The notes under the pieces were generated by a model. That model did no database searches and was not told the DNA's origin. It saw only the letters and a list, made by a program, of their open reading frames with translations. From assembly GCA_044236265.1 (NCBI GenBank), contig JBIIGV010000001.1:18509-82508 (forward strand): a stretch of DNA of 64,000 nt, read 5' to 3'. Both the position numbers and the translations under genes were made by a program. Shown here one piece after another: positions 20,058 to 30,463 of this stretch. The stretch's first letter is position 1, and each line of letters starts with the position of its first letter. The stretch comes from Oligoflexales bacterium. Its GTDB lineage: Bacteria; Bdellovibrionota_B; Oligoflexia; Oligoflexales; RGVZ01.

Positions 20058-20696
20058 CTACTTGTTGATGATCACAGTGCATAAGGCCTCGCATTTTTCG
20101 GCCATGAGGATTTTTCCACCAGCTTTTCGACAGGCCTCTTCTTCGGGTCGAACGACTTGGGTACACATTGTGCCCTTTGGAAGTGGCGCGACATTAAGTT
20201 TTGGGCCATTAAAATTAAATCCTGAGATTTTTCCCTCACTAGCAATTGGCAAAGAGCAAAGATGCTTACATTTTGCTGCGACCTGAGTTTTCCCGCCTCG
20301 TTCAAAGCAAGCCTCTTCCTCCGCTGAAACAACTGCAGCACAAACCATGTCCGGAGCCAAGGCCTCTGCGATCACAAATGAACTGAAATTATAGCCAGCA
20401 ACTTTGCCCTTTGGGGCAATTGGCAGGGAGCACAGGGGCTTGCACTTATCCGCCCAAATAGTCTTGCCGCGCGCAGCTTGGCAAGCGGCCTCTTCAGGTC
20501 GAAGTACGGTCGTACAAATCATATCTTTGCGTGCGGCGTCGAGCGTTTGAAGACCGGACAGGTCATAGCCTTGAACCATAATTTTCTGAGCTTTTTCGTC
20601 AGCTCCTGACAGCTCGCCTGATTTTGCTGCAGCCGTTGACTTGCAGCAACTCATCGATAAAAGGACATAAAAAGTGACAACAAACCTTAAAGACAT
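20058..20696 (-). CDS. Lipoprotein with three tandem 58-59 aa repeats of four Cys each
   Basis: ATG 20696 after GGAGG; lipobox SMSCC; repeat CxxVxxxEExAC...GK...KCxxLC. Confidence 0.8.
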   Translation of the reverse strand: MSLRFVVTFYVLLSMSCCKSTAAAKSGELSGADEKAQKIMVQGYDLSGLQTLDAARKDMICTTVLRPEEAACQAARGKTIWADKCKPLCSLPIAPKGKVAGYNFSSFVIAEALAPDMVCAAVVSAEEEACFERGGKTQVAAKCKHLCSLPIASEGKISGFNFNGPKLNVAPLPKGTMCTQVVRPEEEACRKAGGKILMAEKCEALCTVIINK

Positions 20697-20730
20697 GAAG
20701 GAGGCCTCCAAATGGGCTTAGGAAAATAAT

Positions 20731-22488
20731 TTAAATATTTCGTCTCGCCAGAGCCATGAGTCCCATGGAACCTACTTTGGCTGTTTTAGATTTTGTAAGG
20801 TCCCATGCGCTGGATTCATACTCGATAGCGGCTCCATACTGCCACCCTACTGCAGGGCGCTCACCTACGTAGCCACCAAGTTTGAAAGAGGTGCTGGAGC
20901 CGGTCTCGATGTTGCGACGGAAGCCGCGCACACCAAAACGGCCGGAGACGTAAAGCGGATAAAAAATCTCTCCAGTCCATTCGATTTTGTCGCCAATAAA
21001 TTCAGGCTTAGCCCAGCCATGAACGCCGATATTAAGGGTCACCATAGTCATATCGTAACCGCCACTGGTTTCCTTGCTCACTTGGGTGCTAATCAAGGCG
21101 GTGTTCAATCCAAAGAATATGTCATCTGCACCTGGGAGAATGTCTTTTTGATATAAATGCCAGCGCCCAGATGCATGCAGATCATATGCAAAGAAGCTTC
21201 CTTTGCCGGTAGGGCCAAATCCGATGTCTAGACCGTAACTCCAATCAATTGTGTCAGAGAACTTTCTGTGAACTGATCCACCTGCAGAGTTGACGATCCA
21301 CGGTGGAAGTTGTGCGGCTGCGCTTGAAGACCCAGAAATAGACCACATTCTCATTCCAATCCAGGTTCTTAGTTCACTGCCTTTGGGAATCAGCCGAGCC
21401 GTAAAGTTATCTGTTTCTGGAGCTTCATCGCTAGCAGGTTTTTCTGCGGCTTGTGCGTCTGCAGGAACAAGCGCTTGTTCAGCGTTTGCCTTTTCCTGTG
21501 GCGCAGCTAGCTGCTCATCGGGCTTCGATGGAGCTTTGTTTTTTTCGGGTGACGTTTCAGCTGCGGAGGGCTTTTCAGAGGATTTTACAACAGCTGGTGC
21601 GATAGCTTTGGGGGTCTCTTGCGCGATGACGCCGCTGTCTGAGCCATTAGCGGACGGCATCGCGCTCGTTTCCTCAGCTCTAGCAAATCGGCTTCTGCCA
21701 GAAATGGCCTCAATCACTACACCGTGCCCGGGCTTTATCGAATTGTCGTGGACGAGAGATGAAATTTTTCCGATTGAGCTCTGCTTTTTGACCTCAACAA
21801 TCTCGACGCGTCCAGTTTTTGTGCTTGCAAATGACAACCAGCTGCCATTGGCTGGATGGAGACTTTCTACGGAGGCGGTGTGAACATCAAATTGACTTCC
21901 AATCTTGACGCCCTGATCGGAGCCTCCTGACAATGTGACATAGCTACCGTTAACGCTCATGATATGTGCGTCAACGGGGAGTCGATTAATCATGCGCATG
22001 ACAAGATCATATAGACGGGCCGAGGACTGTTCGCGCGTCAGCTCTGATAGATATTTTCGCGATATTACGTCGCTTTCCTGAAGTCTCGTCTGCAGAGATG
22101 GGGATAGAAGTCGTGCGGTCAAGACAACCATGTCTCCTCTAGCGCTGACATCAAGGCTGGCATAAACACTCAGCTCATAATCTTTCTCGAGCTCTTTACG
22201 GCCAGCGGCATTTTTCCAAAGCGTGGCTACCAAGTCATCGTTTAGAACAACAAAACGCTTGCTTTGACGTACTGCGTCAGAAAACTCACCGCTCAGAGAT
22301 TTTTTAAGGTGGCTAAGATCACCCCAAGCTTCTGACTTATCCCACTGCACCGGGATAACTCCGGCATAATGTAAAATCGGCAGTTGTGATGCGCTACTTT
22401 GATTGCCTTGAGCGAGCGCAGATGATGCTGCACCAATGAGCGCTGTCAGGCAGACGATAAGGAATGCTTTAAATTTTTTCGATATCAT
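20731..22488 (-). CDS. Exported protein: FlgT/CsgG-like N-terminus, low-complexity linker, beta-rich C-terminal domain
   Basis: Signal peptide; AVRQSKRFVVL; VTLSGGSDQGVKIGSQFDV...GRVEIVEV (FlgT-C-like); ATG 22488. Confidence 0.55.
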   Translation of the reverse strand: MISKKFKAFLIVCLTALIGAASSALAQGNQSSASQLPILHYAGVIPVQWDKSEAWGDLSHLKKSLSGEFSDAVRQSKRFVVLNDDLVATLWKNAAGRKELEKDYELSVYASLDVSARGDMVVLTARLLSPSLQTRLQESDVISRKYLSELTREQSSARLYDLVMRMINRLPVDAHIMSVNGSYVTLSGGSDQGVKIGSQFDVHTASVESLHPANGSWLSFASTKTGRVEIVEVKKQSSIGKISSLVHDNSIKPGHGVVIEAISGRSRFARAEETSAMPSANGSDSGVIAQETPKAIAPAVVKSSEKPSAAETSPEKNKAPSKPDEQLAAPQEKANAEQALVPADAQAAEKPASDEAPETDNFTARLIPKGSELRTWIGMRMWSISGSSSAAAQLPPWIVNSAGGSVHRKFSDTIDWSYGLDIGFGPTGKGSFFAYDLHASGRWHLYQKDILPGADDIFFGLNTALISTQVSKETSGGYDMTMVTLNIGVHGWAKPEFIGDKIEWTGEIFYPLYVSGRFGVRGFRRNIETGSSTSFKLGGYVGERPAVGWQYGAAIEYESSAWDLTKSKTAKVGSMGLMALARRNI

Positions 22489-23962
22489 GACTCTTCCCAT
22501 CAAATGATACTCTTCGTTTAACATCCTCAATGACTGTTTCCAAATAAACTGGCCGTGTCCAAACCCGGTGAATATTTCGCAATGTCTCCATGGTGAAATC
22601 TTGCTTGAGATCGGTTCCGTTGTGTTCGTGACGCAGAAGCAGCTCGCCTCTGTTTTTAAAGTTGCCGTCTACAACGGCAATAATTGGTTGCCCAAAGTTG
22701 GTCAGCTGCTGCAGAAGTTTTTGCTTGATGGGTTTGAACTCCCGACTTGAAATCGAGTACTTGCCGGTTCTCTTGTCAAAATCGTACAAAAACAGCTTGT
22801 GCTCGTGACAAAAGTCTTCATCCAAGAATTCATCGATGAATGTCAGGTCGTTGTGAAACCTTCGAACCTCGAAGATTTTTTTTCTTCCAAGACCGGCTTT
22901 GGTGTCCCACTCAGCTCGAGTCTTCGGGTCGTCACAATTTAAATAATCCAGCCCATACTGCCCCCGGTCCCATCTGCGCTCGATGTGACGAAGTAGTTCA
23001 ACGCCAATTTTATATGGGTTGATTGAGCCCGGGGCGGCGGCTACGACACCAGCATAGTGATCGCAGTAGTCGACGATCTCGCTCTCATCAAGAGGACTAA
23101 GTTTTGTCATCATCATGCTGTGCCAGTAGGTGGCCCATCCCTCATTCATGATTTTTGTTTGCCCTTGCGGCGCAAAGTAATAAGCCTCATCGCGGATGAT
23201 CTCCAATATCCGTTTCTGCCATCCTGCAACGGGTGCGTTATCGATCAGGAACTTGAGCACGTCGCGCTCTGGATTTTCTGGGAAGCTCTTTGACTTTTGC
23301 TGCTCCTTCTCCAAGCGATCTTTTTGTGCCGCCATGAAGTCCTTTGGATTGATGTAGGAGTCCAGGTAACCCTTTGTTTCAATTTTTGGGACATGCACTG
23401 CGGAGTCGATTCCAAGGCTGTCTTTGACCGGAGCTGAAGCTGGAGATCTATAGGGAGCAGTGATGTCGATCAGGTTTTCAATGCTTAAGCAGGTATCTAA
23501 AAATGTTTCGACTGTGTCCTGGCCGATTTCATTGATAGCTCTGCGCACGAAGGTGGCGTGGTTGGCCATCTGATCGAGCATTTTGCGATTAGTGCGGGAA
23601 AAGTAGTAATTGTTTTTGAAGAAATCACAGTGGCCAAAGACGTGAGCGATTACAGTCTTTTGGAATACCATGCTATTTGCGCGAAGTAGATACGCATAGC
23701 AGGGGTTATTGTTAATCACCATTTCATAAATAATACTTAGACCGTACTCATAGCTTTTTGAAAGCTTGTCGTACTCCATCCCAAACTTCCAGTGCGGATA
23801 ACGTGTAGGGAACCCGCCGTAGGAGGCGATTTCGGATAGTTGATTATAGTCAACAAGCTCAAAGATCGTTGGAAAGAAATCAAGGCCCGCATTGCGCGCC
23901 ACCTCTTCAAGATGGGCGACAGCATCTGCTAGCTCTGGGGGAAGTTTGGTGTTGACGTACAT
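22469..23962 (-). CDS. spoVR: SpoVR/YcgB family protein
   Basis: PTRYPHWKFG, YEMVINNNPCYAYL, AHVFGHCDFFKNN, QTKIMNEGWATYWH. Confidence 0.95.
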   Translation of the reverse strand: MYVNTKLPPELADAVAHLEEVARNAGLDFFPTIFELVDYNQLSEIASYGGFPTRYPHWKFGMEYDKLSKSYEYGLSIIYEMVINNNPCYAYLLRANSMVFQKTVIAHVFGHCDFFKNNYYFSRTNRKMLDQMANHATFVRRAINEIGQDTVETFLDTCLSIENLIDITAPYRSPASAPVKDSLGIDSAVHVPKIETKGYLDSYINPKDFMAAQKDRLEKEQQKSKSFPENPERDVLKFLIDNAPVAGWQKRILEIIRDEAYYFAPQGQTKIMNEGWATYWHSMMMTKLSPLDESEIVDYCDHYAGVVAAAPGSINPYKIGVELLRHIERRWDRGQYGLDYLNCDDPKTRAEWDTKAGLGRKKIFEVRRFHNDLTFIDEFLDEDFCHEHKLFLYDFDKRTGKYSISSREFKPIKQKLLQQLTNFGQPIIAVVDGNFKNRGELLLRHEHNGTDLKQDFTMETLRNIHRVWTRPVYLETVIEDVKRRVSFDGKSHDIEKI

Positions 23963-23963
23963 G

Positions 23964-25079
23964 TCACTTTCCTTTGCCCAAGAAAATTTTCAGAGCATCC
24001 ATGATGGCGTCGCGGTCTTTAATTTGTGAAAGCGTCAGTTTATTGTTGTCCTCGCCGAAATGCTTTTGGAGGTCTCTCAAGAACTGACCGGATCCATATC
24101 TACTTTCAACTTGGCCATAACAAAATAAATTTGCTTTAGGCATGATGTCTGCCTCAAGCATTTTCATGCACTCGTTGGTATCATTGCCCGACCAGTTATC
24201 ACCGTCGGAGAAGTGAAAAAGATAAATATTCCACTCGTCGACCGGGTAATCATCTTCCATCATTTTCAAGGCAAGACGGTACGCGGAGCTGATCAACGTG
24301 CCGCCAGACTCTCGTGTGCGATAAAACGTGTTTTGATCGACCTCGCGTGCTGTTGCGTCGTGAATGATGTAACGGCGATCAAGTCCCGTATACTGACTTT
24401 GTAGCCACGTATCTAGCCAAAAGCTTGTAAGACGAACGATCTCTTTTTGTTCGTCTCCCATCGACCCAGAGACGTCCATCATATAGATGATGACAGCATT
24501 GGCGACAGGCTCATTGTACACTTTAAAACTTCGGTAACGTTTGTCGTCTTTGATCGGAACAACAATCGGATTTTTCGGGTCATACTTGCCACTGGCAATC
24601 GTTCGTTTTAACGCCTCGCGGTACGTTTTCTTAAAGTGTCGCAGGGATTCTGGGCCCTGGGTCACGATGCCCGTGTATTTGTAGTGCTTGCTGTCGACGT
24701 TTTTTTTGCCCTTGTTCTCAATATTGGGTAGCTCTAGCTCTTCGCTTAGAAGAGACGCAAGTTCCTCCAAGGAAACTTCGACCTCCAGAGCATGCTGGCC
24801 TTCCCCCTGCCCGGCTTCACCTTGTCCAGGCTGTGGCTCACCTTGACCTTGTCCGACTTCGTCTCCAACGTCGCCTTTTCCCTGACCTACGCCGCCACCG
24901 TCGCCACTGCCAAACTGGAAGCGTGGCAAATCAATACGAGGAAGAGGAATGCTGACCAGCTTCTTGCCTTGGCGACCAATAAGCTCACCATTAGCAACGA
25001 AGCGTCTCAGCTCTTGCTTGATTTTGCCTCTTACAATTTTTCGGAATCGGTTTAGGTCCGACTCCATGTTGTTTGGCAT
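23964..25079 (-). CDS. yeaH: YeaH/YhbH (DUF444) vWA-like protein
   Basis: Gly-rich [33 protein letters not shown]. Confidence 0.93.
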   Translation of the reverse strand: MPNNMESDLNRFRKIVRGKIKQELRRFVANGELIGRQGKKLVSIPLPRIDLPRFQFGSGDGGGVGQGKGDVGDEVGQGQGEPQPGQGEAGQGEGQHALEVEVSLEELASLLSEELELPNIENKGKKNVDSKHYKYTGIVTQGPESLRHFKKTYREALKRTIASGKYDPKNPIVVPIKDDKRYRSFKVYNEPVANAVIIYMMDVSGSMGDEQKEIVRLTSFWLDTWLQSQYTGLDRRYIIHDATAREVDQNTFYRTRESGGTLISSAYRLALKMMEDDYPVDEWNIYLFHFSDGDNWSGNDTNECMKMLEADIMPKANLFCYGQVESRYGSGQFLRDLQKHFGEDNNKLTLSQIKDRDAIMDALKIFLGKGK

Positions 25080-25103
25080 GACTCAAGGTCCTTCCCGTCG
25101 GTA

Positions 25104-27170
25104 TTAACTTCGATCCTTGTCTTTTAGCATGTCGCCGCGCGCAAAAATACTCGCAACAAATCCGAGTGCATCACTTGCGCAGATATCGCAGTAACCATAG
25201 TTTTTGATCAGTCTGTTCTTGACGACGTCAATTTTGGCTTGAGCTTCCTTGTCGACCACTTTGGACACATGGACGGTTAGCTTGATGGTATCTTTTTGAT
25301 CCTCAAAAAGCTTTAGCTCCAAGGCTTTGTGCAGGCGCTCGTTGCTTCTAAAGTCAAAAGTTTTGCCTTCAATCGCCATGGCACCGATGTAGTTCATGAT
25401 TTCCCTGCGGAAATCATCTTTGCGGTTTTCAGAGATGTCGATTTTCTCTTCAATCGATCTCATGAGGCGTTCATCTGGATCTTCAGCCTGAGATGTAAAT
25501 GGGTTTTTGACCTTTTCGCGCTGAATGTAAGCCTTGATGTTATCAATGTAGTTTCCACAAAGCTTGTCGATCGCGTTTTCGTCCGCAGAAATTGCGCGCT
25601 GAACCTCGTGCTTTACGATGTCTTCATACTCGCGCTTAACTTCACTTAAGAGTTCCCTGTAGCGCTTGCGAAGTTCTTCGTCATTGATAAGGGAGTGGGC
25701 CTTGAGTCCAGATTCCATTTCATTTAAAACAATGAATGGATTGATGCATCCCTTGCCTTTGTCGAGAACAAGTCCAGAGGAAATTTTGTCTTGGATATAG
25801 CGAGGAGAGATTCCATCAAGACCTTCGCGAACGGCCTCTTTGCGAAGCTCTTTGACGTTGTCCTCTGTGAATTGCTGTGTGGTTTTCCCGTTATAAAGCT
25901 TGAGCTTTTGCATCAACGTAAGGTTTGCTTTTTTGGGCTCCTCGAGGCGCGTTAAAACGGCCCACATGGCCGACATTTCAAGAGTGTGGGGCGCAATGTG
26001 AATATGCGGGACCGTGTTGGCATTGAAGCTTTTTTCGTAGATGCGAACTTCTTCCTTCAGCTTTGTGATGTATGGGACATCGATTTTGACTGTACGATCG
26101 CGAAGGGCTTCCATGAACTCATTGCTTTGAAGCTTTTTGTATTCGGGCTCGTTCGTGTGGCCGATAATCACTTCATCGATGTCACACTGAGCAAACTTTT
26201 TTGGCTTTATCTTGTGCTCTTGGCTGGCAGTCAGCAGGTCGTAAAGGAATGCAACGTCAAGTTTGAGCACCTCAATGAACTCAATCATGCCGCGGTTGGC
26301 GATGTTGAATTCTCCGTCGAAGTTAAATGCTCGAGGATCTGAGTCAGATCCATACTCAGCGATCTTTCGGTAGTTGATGTCACCGGTGAGTTCGGTGCTG
26401 TCCTGGTTTTTTTCGTCTTTAGGCTGGAATGTGCCGATTCCGATACGGTCACGCTCACTGAGGATGAGACGATGGACGGTGATGTGATTGTGAATCAGTT
26501 TTTCCCAGTCACCTTGGTAGTAGCGCATCAGTTCCGTGTAGACATAACGACATGCTGGAGAAAGATCTCCTTCCATCCTGACTTGCGCTGAGCGATCACG
26601 GCCCTTATTGATGACGGCCATCACGGCATCGCGACGCTCAGGTGGAATCAAGTACAGAGGGTCTTGATTCATGGGTGAGCGCATGGTGTCTTCCATTTTC
26701 AATACTTCAGCGAGGTTGACCCATGTGTAGGTGTACATTGCGCCTTCAGGAGTCCGCGAATAAGTTTCGAGACCTTTTTTCAAAAGGCGAGCAATCGTTG
26801 ACTTCGAGGAGCCTACAGGTCCATGCAGAAGAATGACGCGTTTTTCAGGACCATAACCTGCGGCTGCAGCCTTGATCGTGTTCACTAGTTTCATGAGGTG
26901 AACATCGAGACCGAAGATGGCGTCTTTGCCGTTTTCAATCGGATCATCGAAGAAATTCCAATGAGTAATTTCCTTTTTGTACTCTTTGAATTGCCGGCTA
27001 CCGTAGCTTGCAATCATGTCATACATTCTCTGGAATGCTGTGCGTGCAATTTGAGGGTGTTCGATGACCATGTTCAGATAGTCTTCAAAGGATCCGCTCC
27101 AATGAAGCTCGGCGTACTGTTTATCAAAACCTCCGCCTTTGACTGTCGATATAATTTCTTTTGCATTCAT
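25104..27170 (-). CDS. prkA: PrkA/YeaG family AAA+ serine protein kinase
   Basis: [42 protein letters not shown]. Confidence 0.95.
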   Translation of the reverse strand: MNAKEIISTVKGGGFDKQYAELHWSGSFEDYLNMVIEHPQIARTAFQRMYDMIASYGSRQFKEYKKEITHWNFFDDPIENGKDAIFGLDVHLMKLVNTIKAAAAGYGPEKRVILLHGPVGSSKSTIARLLKKGLETYSRTPEGAMYTYTWVNLAEVLKMEDTMRSPMNQDPLYLIPPERRDAVMAVINKGRDRSAQVRMEGDLSPACRYVYTELMRYYQGDWEKLIHNHITVHRLILSERDRIGIGTFQPKDEKNQDSTELTGDINYRKIAEYGSDSDPRAFNFDGEFNIANRGMIEFIEVLKLDVAFLYDLLTASQEHKIKPKKFAQCDIDEVIIGHTNEPEYKKLQSNEFMEALRDRTVKIDVPYITKLKEEVRIYEKSFNANTVPHIHIAPHTLEMSAMWAVLTRLEEPKKANLTLMQKLKLYNGKTTQQFTEDNVKELRKEAVREGLDGISPRYIQDKISSGLVLDKGKGCINPFIVLNEMESGLKAHSLINDEELRKRYRELLSEVKREYEDIVKHEVQRAISADENAIDKLCGNYIDNIKAYIQREKVKNPFTSQAEDPDERLMRSIEEKIDISENRKDDFRREIMNYIGAMAIEGKTFDFRSNERLHKALELKLFEDQKDTIKLTVHVSKVVDKEAQAKIDVVKNRLIKNYGYCDICASDALGFVASIFARGDMLKDKDRS

Positions 27171-27220
27171 GGTGCCCTCCTTAGCTCTGACGCAAAAATG
27201 CGCCTACTACCTCATCTTTT

Positions 27221-27250
27221 ATTGTACGAGAGGCAGTGAAACGCTGTCAA
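27221..27250 (-). promoter_or_regulatory. sigma70-type promoter for the prkA operon
   Basis: TTGACA-N18-TACAAT on the minus strand, about 50 nt upstream of prkA. Confidence 0.65.
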
Positions 27251-27288
27251 AAAAGGGCTTTTCCGGGGCTAGGGCCGACGTTATGCGG

Positions 27289-28405
27289 TCAGCTAGGTTG
27301 TGCAGTCTCTTTGGCGTGCGCCAAATATTCGTTGATAAACTCATCAAGACCGCCGTCCAGGACTTGGTCAGGGGTGTGTGATTCGTAATCCGTGCGATGG
27401 TCTTTTATCAGCTTGTACGGGTGCAAGACGTAGCTACGAATCTGGTGGCCAAAGGAGATGTCGGTTTTTGTGTTCTCAAGAGCCTGCTGTGCTGCCCGTC
27501 TCTTTTCGATCTCTCGCTCGTAAAGTGCTGAGCGCAGGAGTTTCATCGCGTTCTCCCGGTTTTGGATCTGAGATCTCTGGGTTTGTGAGGCCACAACTAT
27601 GCCAGAAGGCATGTGGGTAATCCTTACAGCGGAATCGGTCTTGTTAACGTGCTGTCCACCGGCGCCAGACGAACGGTAAGTGTCGACCCGCAGATCAGCT
27701 GGGTTAATATCGATCTCAATCGTATCGTCAATTACCGGGGTCACGAAAACGGATGCAAAACTCGTGTGGCGCCTAGCGTTACTGTCAAACGGGCTGATGC
27801 GGACGAGGCGGTGCACGCCGTTTTCAGCTTTTAGAAGTCCGAAGGCAAAGTCTCCTGTGATTTCGATGGTGGCGTTCTTAAGCCCAGCTTCTTCGCCTGC
27901 GAGAGCGTCGTGAACCTCGGCCTGCCAGCCTTTGCGTTCTGCATAACGAAGGTACATTCTGAAGAGAATGCTGGCCCAGTCGCACGACTCTGTGCCGCCC
28001 GCTCCAGCATTGATAGTCAAGATGGCGCCATTCATGTCGGTCTCGCCGCTCAGAAGGCTTTGGATTTCCAATGCCTGCACCTCCTTGGCTAGTCCATCGT
28101 AGAGACTGTTGGCTTCATCAAGATACTCGGTCTCTCCGGCTTCTGCGAATTCCATGGCAGCCTCAAGGTCGCCCTCAAGGCTTTCAAGTTTTCGGACCCG
28201 CTCAAGCGCTAGTTCCAGTGACTTTTTTTCTTTCAGGATCGGCGCCGAAACTTTTGGGTTACTCCAAAAATCAGGCATGCCTTCAATTTGGGCTTCGATA
28301 TCTTTCAGTCGCTCTGCTTTTCGTTCGAGGTCAAAGAAACCCCCGAATGCGAACGAATTTTTCCTTTAGATTGCGTTGTGCGCTTGAAAGATCATGAAAA
28401 TCCAC
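27289..28405 (-). CDS. prfB: Peptide chain release factor 2, translated via a +1 frameshift after codon 24
   Basis: SPF and GGQ motifs; GTG 28405 after GGAG; short ORF ends CGG GGG TTT CTT TGA C and continues in the +1 frame as DLERKAERL. Confidence 0.97.
28330..28344 (-). other. prfB programmed +1 ribosomal frameshift site
   Basis: GGGGG (internal SD)-TTT-CTTTGAC, the canonical arrangement. Confidence 0.95.
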
Positions 28406-28477
28406 GAAAAAGCTCCAAGTAATCTGCGAGTTGTACAGTTTTCGCTTAGTTATCCGCAGGTTGCGCCGCTGGCGCCA

Positions 28478-28507
28478 TTGACAGTTAAAGAAGCGGAGTC
28501 GTACCAT
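28478..28507 (+). promoter_or_regulatory. sigma70-type promoter for flbD-motAB
   Basis: TTGACA-N18-TACCAT. Confidence 0.55.
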
Positions 28508-28591
28508 AAAACTAAGAAGCCGTGAATTCCATAGGAATTTTTGCAGACCATCGTCCTTGGTCTGGGTGCTTTGGCCAGGAGGCAGCGAGAG

Positions 28592-28834
28592 ATGATTCTT
28601 CTCACAAAACTAGACAAATCAAAGGTCCTGGTATCACTCGACAATATTAAGTTTGTCGAGTCGACTCCGGATACGCTCGTCCGATTTGTCAATGGAGACA
28701 TGCTGATCGTGTCGGAGTCTCTCGATGAAATCGCCCGCCTTGTTCAAGACTTTAAAACGCGCTGCCTTGTGGCGGTGCAAGCCCATAGTTTGAGCGCAAT
28801 GTCAGAGGCGGAAGGAGTTTCAGGATGGACTTAA
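28592..28834 (+). CDS. flbD: Flagellar FlbD/SwrD family protein
   Basis: MILLTKLD...IKFVESTPDTLVRFVNGDMLIVSES; AGGAGG SD; precedes motA. Confidence 0.88.
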   Translation: MILLTKLDKSKVLVSLDNIKFVESTPDTLVRFVNGDMLIVSESLDEIARLVQDFKTRCLVAVQAHSLSAMSEAEGVSGWT

Positions 28835-29592
28835 CTAGCTTATTAGGCGTTCCAGTCGCCGGTGGCATGATCATCGGCGGCATGCTCATGGAAGGTGGTC
28901 ACTTGTCCCAGCTTTGGGCGATCACGGCCGTCATGATTGTGTTTGGGGGTACGTTGGGTGCCTTGATGATGGCTTACCCATTACCCGACATGATCAATTC
29001 AGTGAAAGCCTTGGGGCAATTTTTAAAAAATCCAACGGCCAATCCAAGTCAGATTATGGCCGAGATTTTAGATTGCGCGCAGACGGCCCGTAAGGAATCA
29101 ATCTTGGCTCTTGAGAAAAAAAGAGAGGCCTTGTCATATGAGCCACTAAAAATGGCGATTGGCTTAGCTGTTGACGGCACGGCACCCGAAGTTATCCGCG
29201 ATACATTAGAAACAGCTGCACACGTCGTTTTTGAGGAGGCAGAGGTCGGAGTAAAGTTCTGGGAAGACTTCGGCGCGATTTGTCCTACGATCGGAATCTT
29301 GGGTGCCGTACTTGGTCTGCAGCACGTAATGTCCGTACTTGATCGTCCAGAAATGATTGGTCCGGGTATCGCTGTTGCCTTCGTTGCTACACTTTACGGT
29401 GTGGGAGCGGCTAACATTCTTGGAATTCCTATCGGAAAAAAATTAAAGCGCAAGGCCATCATTGATGGTCATGCGAGAGCGATGGTCGTCATTGGTGTTG
29501 AGGGGATTCTGACCGGTATGAACCCCAAAGTTATTGAGCAAAAGCTTGCTGTATTCGTCCACGACCATGGTGGTGGTGGGGAGAAGCACTGA
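28825..29592 (+). CDS. motA: Flagellar stator protein MotA
   Basis: ARKESILALE, PTIGILGAVLGL, AFVATLYGV. Confidence 0.95.
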   Translation: MDLTSLLGVPVAGGMIIGGMLMEGGHLSQLWAITAVMIVFGGTLGALMMAYPLPDMINSVKALGQFLKNPTANPSQIMAEILDCAQTARKESILALEKKREALSYEPLKMAIGLAVDGTAPEVIRDTLETAAHVVFEEAEVGVKFWEDFGAICPTIGILGAVLGLQHVMSVLDRPEMIGPGIAVAFVATLYGVGAANILGIPIGKKLKRKAIIDGHARAMVVIGVEGILTGMNPKVIEQKLAVFVHDHGGGGEKH

Positions 29593-29630
29593 GAAATTGG
29601 ACTTGATCCAGCTGTTGAGTTAGCGGAACT

Positions 29631-30458
29631 ATGGCGCAAAAGCAAAAGTGTCCAGAATTTGAAAACCACGAACGTTGGCTTGTCTCCTATGCGGACATGG
29701 TGACGATGCTTTTTGCATTGTTCGTGGTTCTGTATGCGCTCAAGGAGGGCGGTGCGCCGGCAGCTAAAGAACCCAACAAGGTTCTTGCTGCCTCGGTTGC
29801 AGATGCTCTCAATATGCCACTTCCGGAGATTCCGGTAGACAGGAAAACTGCTCCGACGCAAACCGGTATGGGAATTTTCGATCACTTTAAAGGCGACCAG
29901 ATCCGCGAGCCGCTCTCCCAAAAGTTTCCTAGCTCAGCCATGCGAGCAAAAGTCATTGAAATGGAAATTAATCGAGTTCGCTTACTTGTAGAGGAGCGTC
30001 TTTACGGTCCGAACAAGTATCCTGAAAAAGGTGATAAAGGATTTGAAAGAGTGGTCAGCGTCCAGCAAACGCAAAATGGTTTTAAACTGCAGCTGGCGGC
30101 CCGTCATTTTTTCGATTCCGGACAGTATCAGTTAAAGAGAGAAGCACTTAAGGAGATGGAGACCGTTGGGCAAATTCTGATGGAATTGGGTCGGCCGGTT
30201 GTCGTCGAGGGCCACACAGATAATGTGCCGGCGTCTGGGCAGTTTTCTAACTGGGAATTATCAGCCTTGAGAGCTGCATCCGTCGCTAAGTACCTGATAA
30301 AGACTGTTGGTTACCCCGCTACAAAGGTTGCAGTGGCTGGCTATGCCGACCTGCGTCCGGTTGCCCAAAATACATCTGAAGCTGGGCGCACTATGAATAG
30401 ACGTATTGAAATTCACGTCAACTATGATCAGGAAGCAACGGCTCCAGAAGGGCAGTAG
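29631..30458 (+). CDS. motB: Flagellar stator protein MotB, probably H+-type
   Basis: WLVSYADMVTMLFALFVVLYA (critical Asp; FVV as in H+-type stators); OmpA-like EGHTDN, NWELS, NRRIEI. Confidence 0.95.
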   Translation: MAQKQKCPEFENHERWLVSYADMVTMLFALFVVLYALKEGGAPAAKEPNKVLAASVADALNMPLPEIPVDRKTAPTQTGMGIFDHFKGDQIREPLSQKFPSSAMRAKVIEMEINRVRLLVEERLYGPNKYPEKGDKGFERVVSVQQTQNGFKLQLAARHFFDSGQYQLKREALKEMETVGQILMELGRPVVVEGHTDNVPASGQFSNWELSALRAASVAKYLIKTVGYPATKVAVAGYADLRPVAQNTSEAGRTMNRRIEIHVNYDQEATAPEGQ

Positions 30459-30463
30459 GTCCG

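Noticed and set aside
21290..21883. 197-aa plus-strand ORF and the many similar short ORFs (e.g. 10923-11435, 11976-12497, 42722-43288, 55709-56164)
   Set aside because: Antisense or off-frame shadows of well-supported genes, with no recognisable motifs
27289..28405. prfB as a truncated gene or pseudogene
   Set aside because: The in-frame TGA is the canonical programmed frameshift site
28541..28591. Longer N-termini from the ORF track (also 2519, 7102, 16870, 20711, 22530, 40920, 45559, 45894, 48412, 58105)
   Set aside because: Downstream ATGs have better SD sites or stop-start overlaps and fit the expected protein starts
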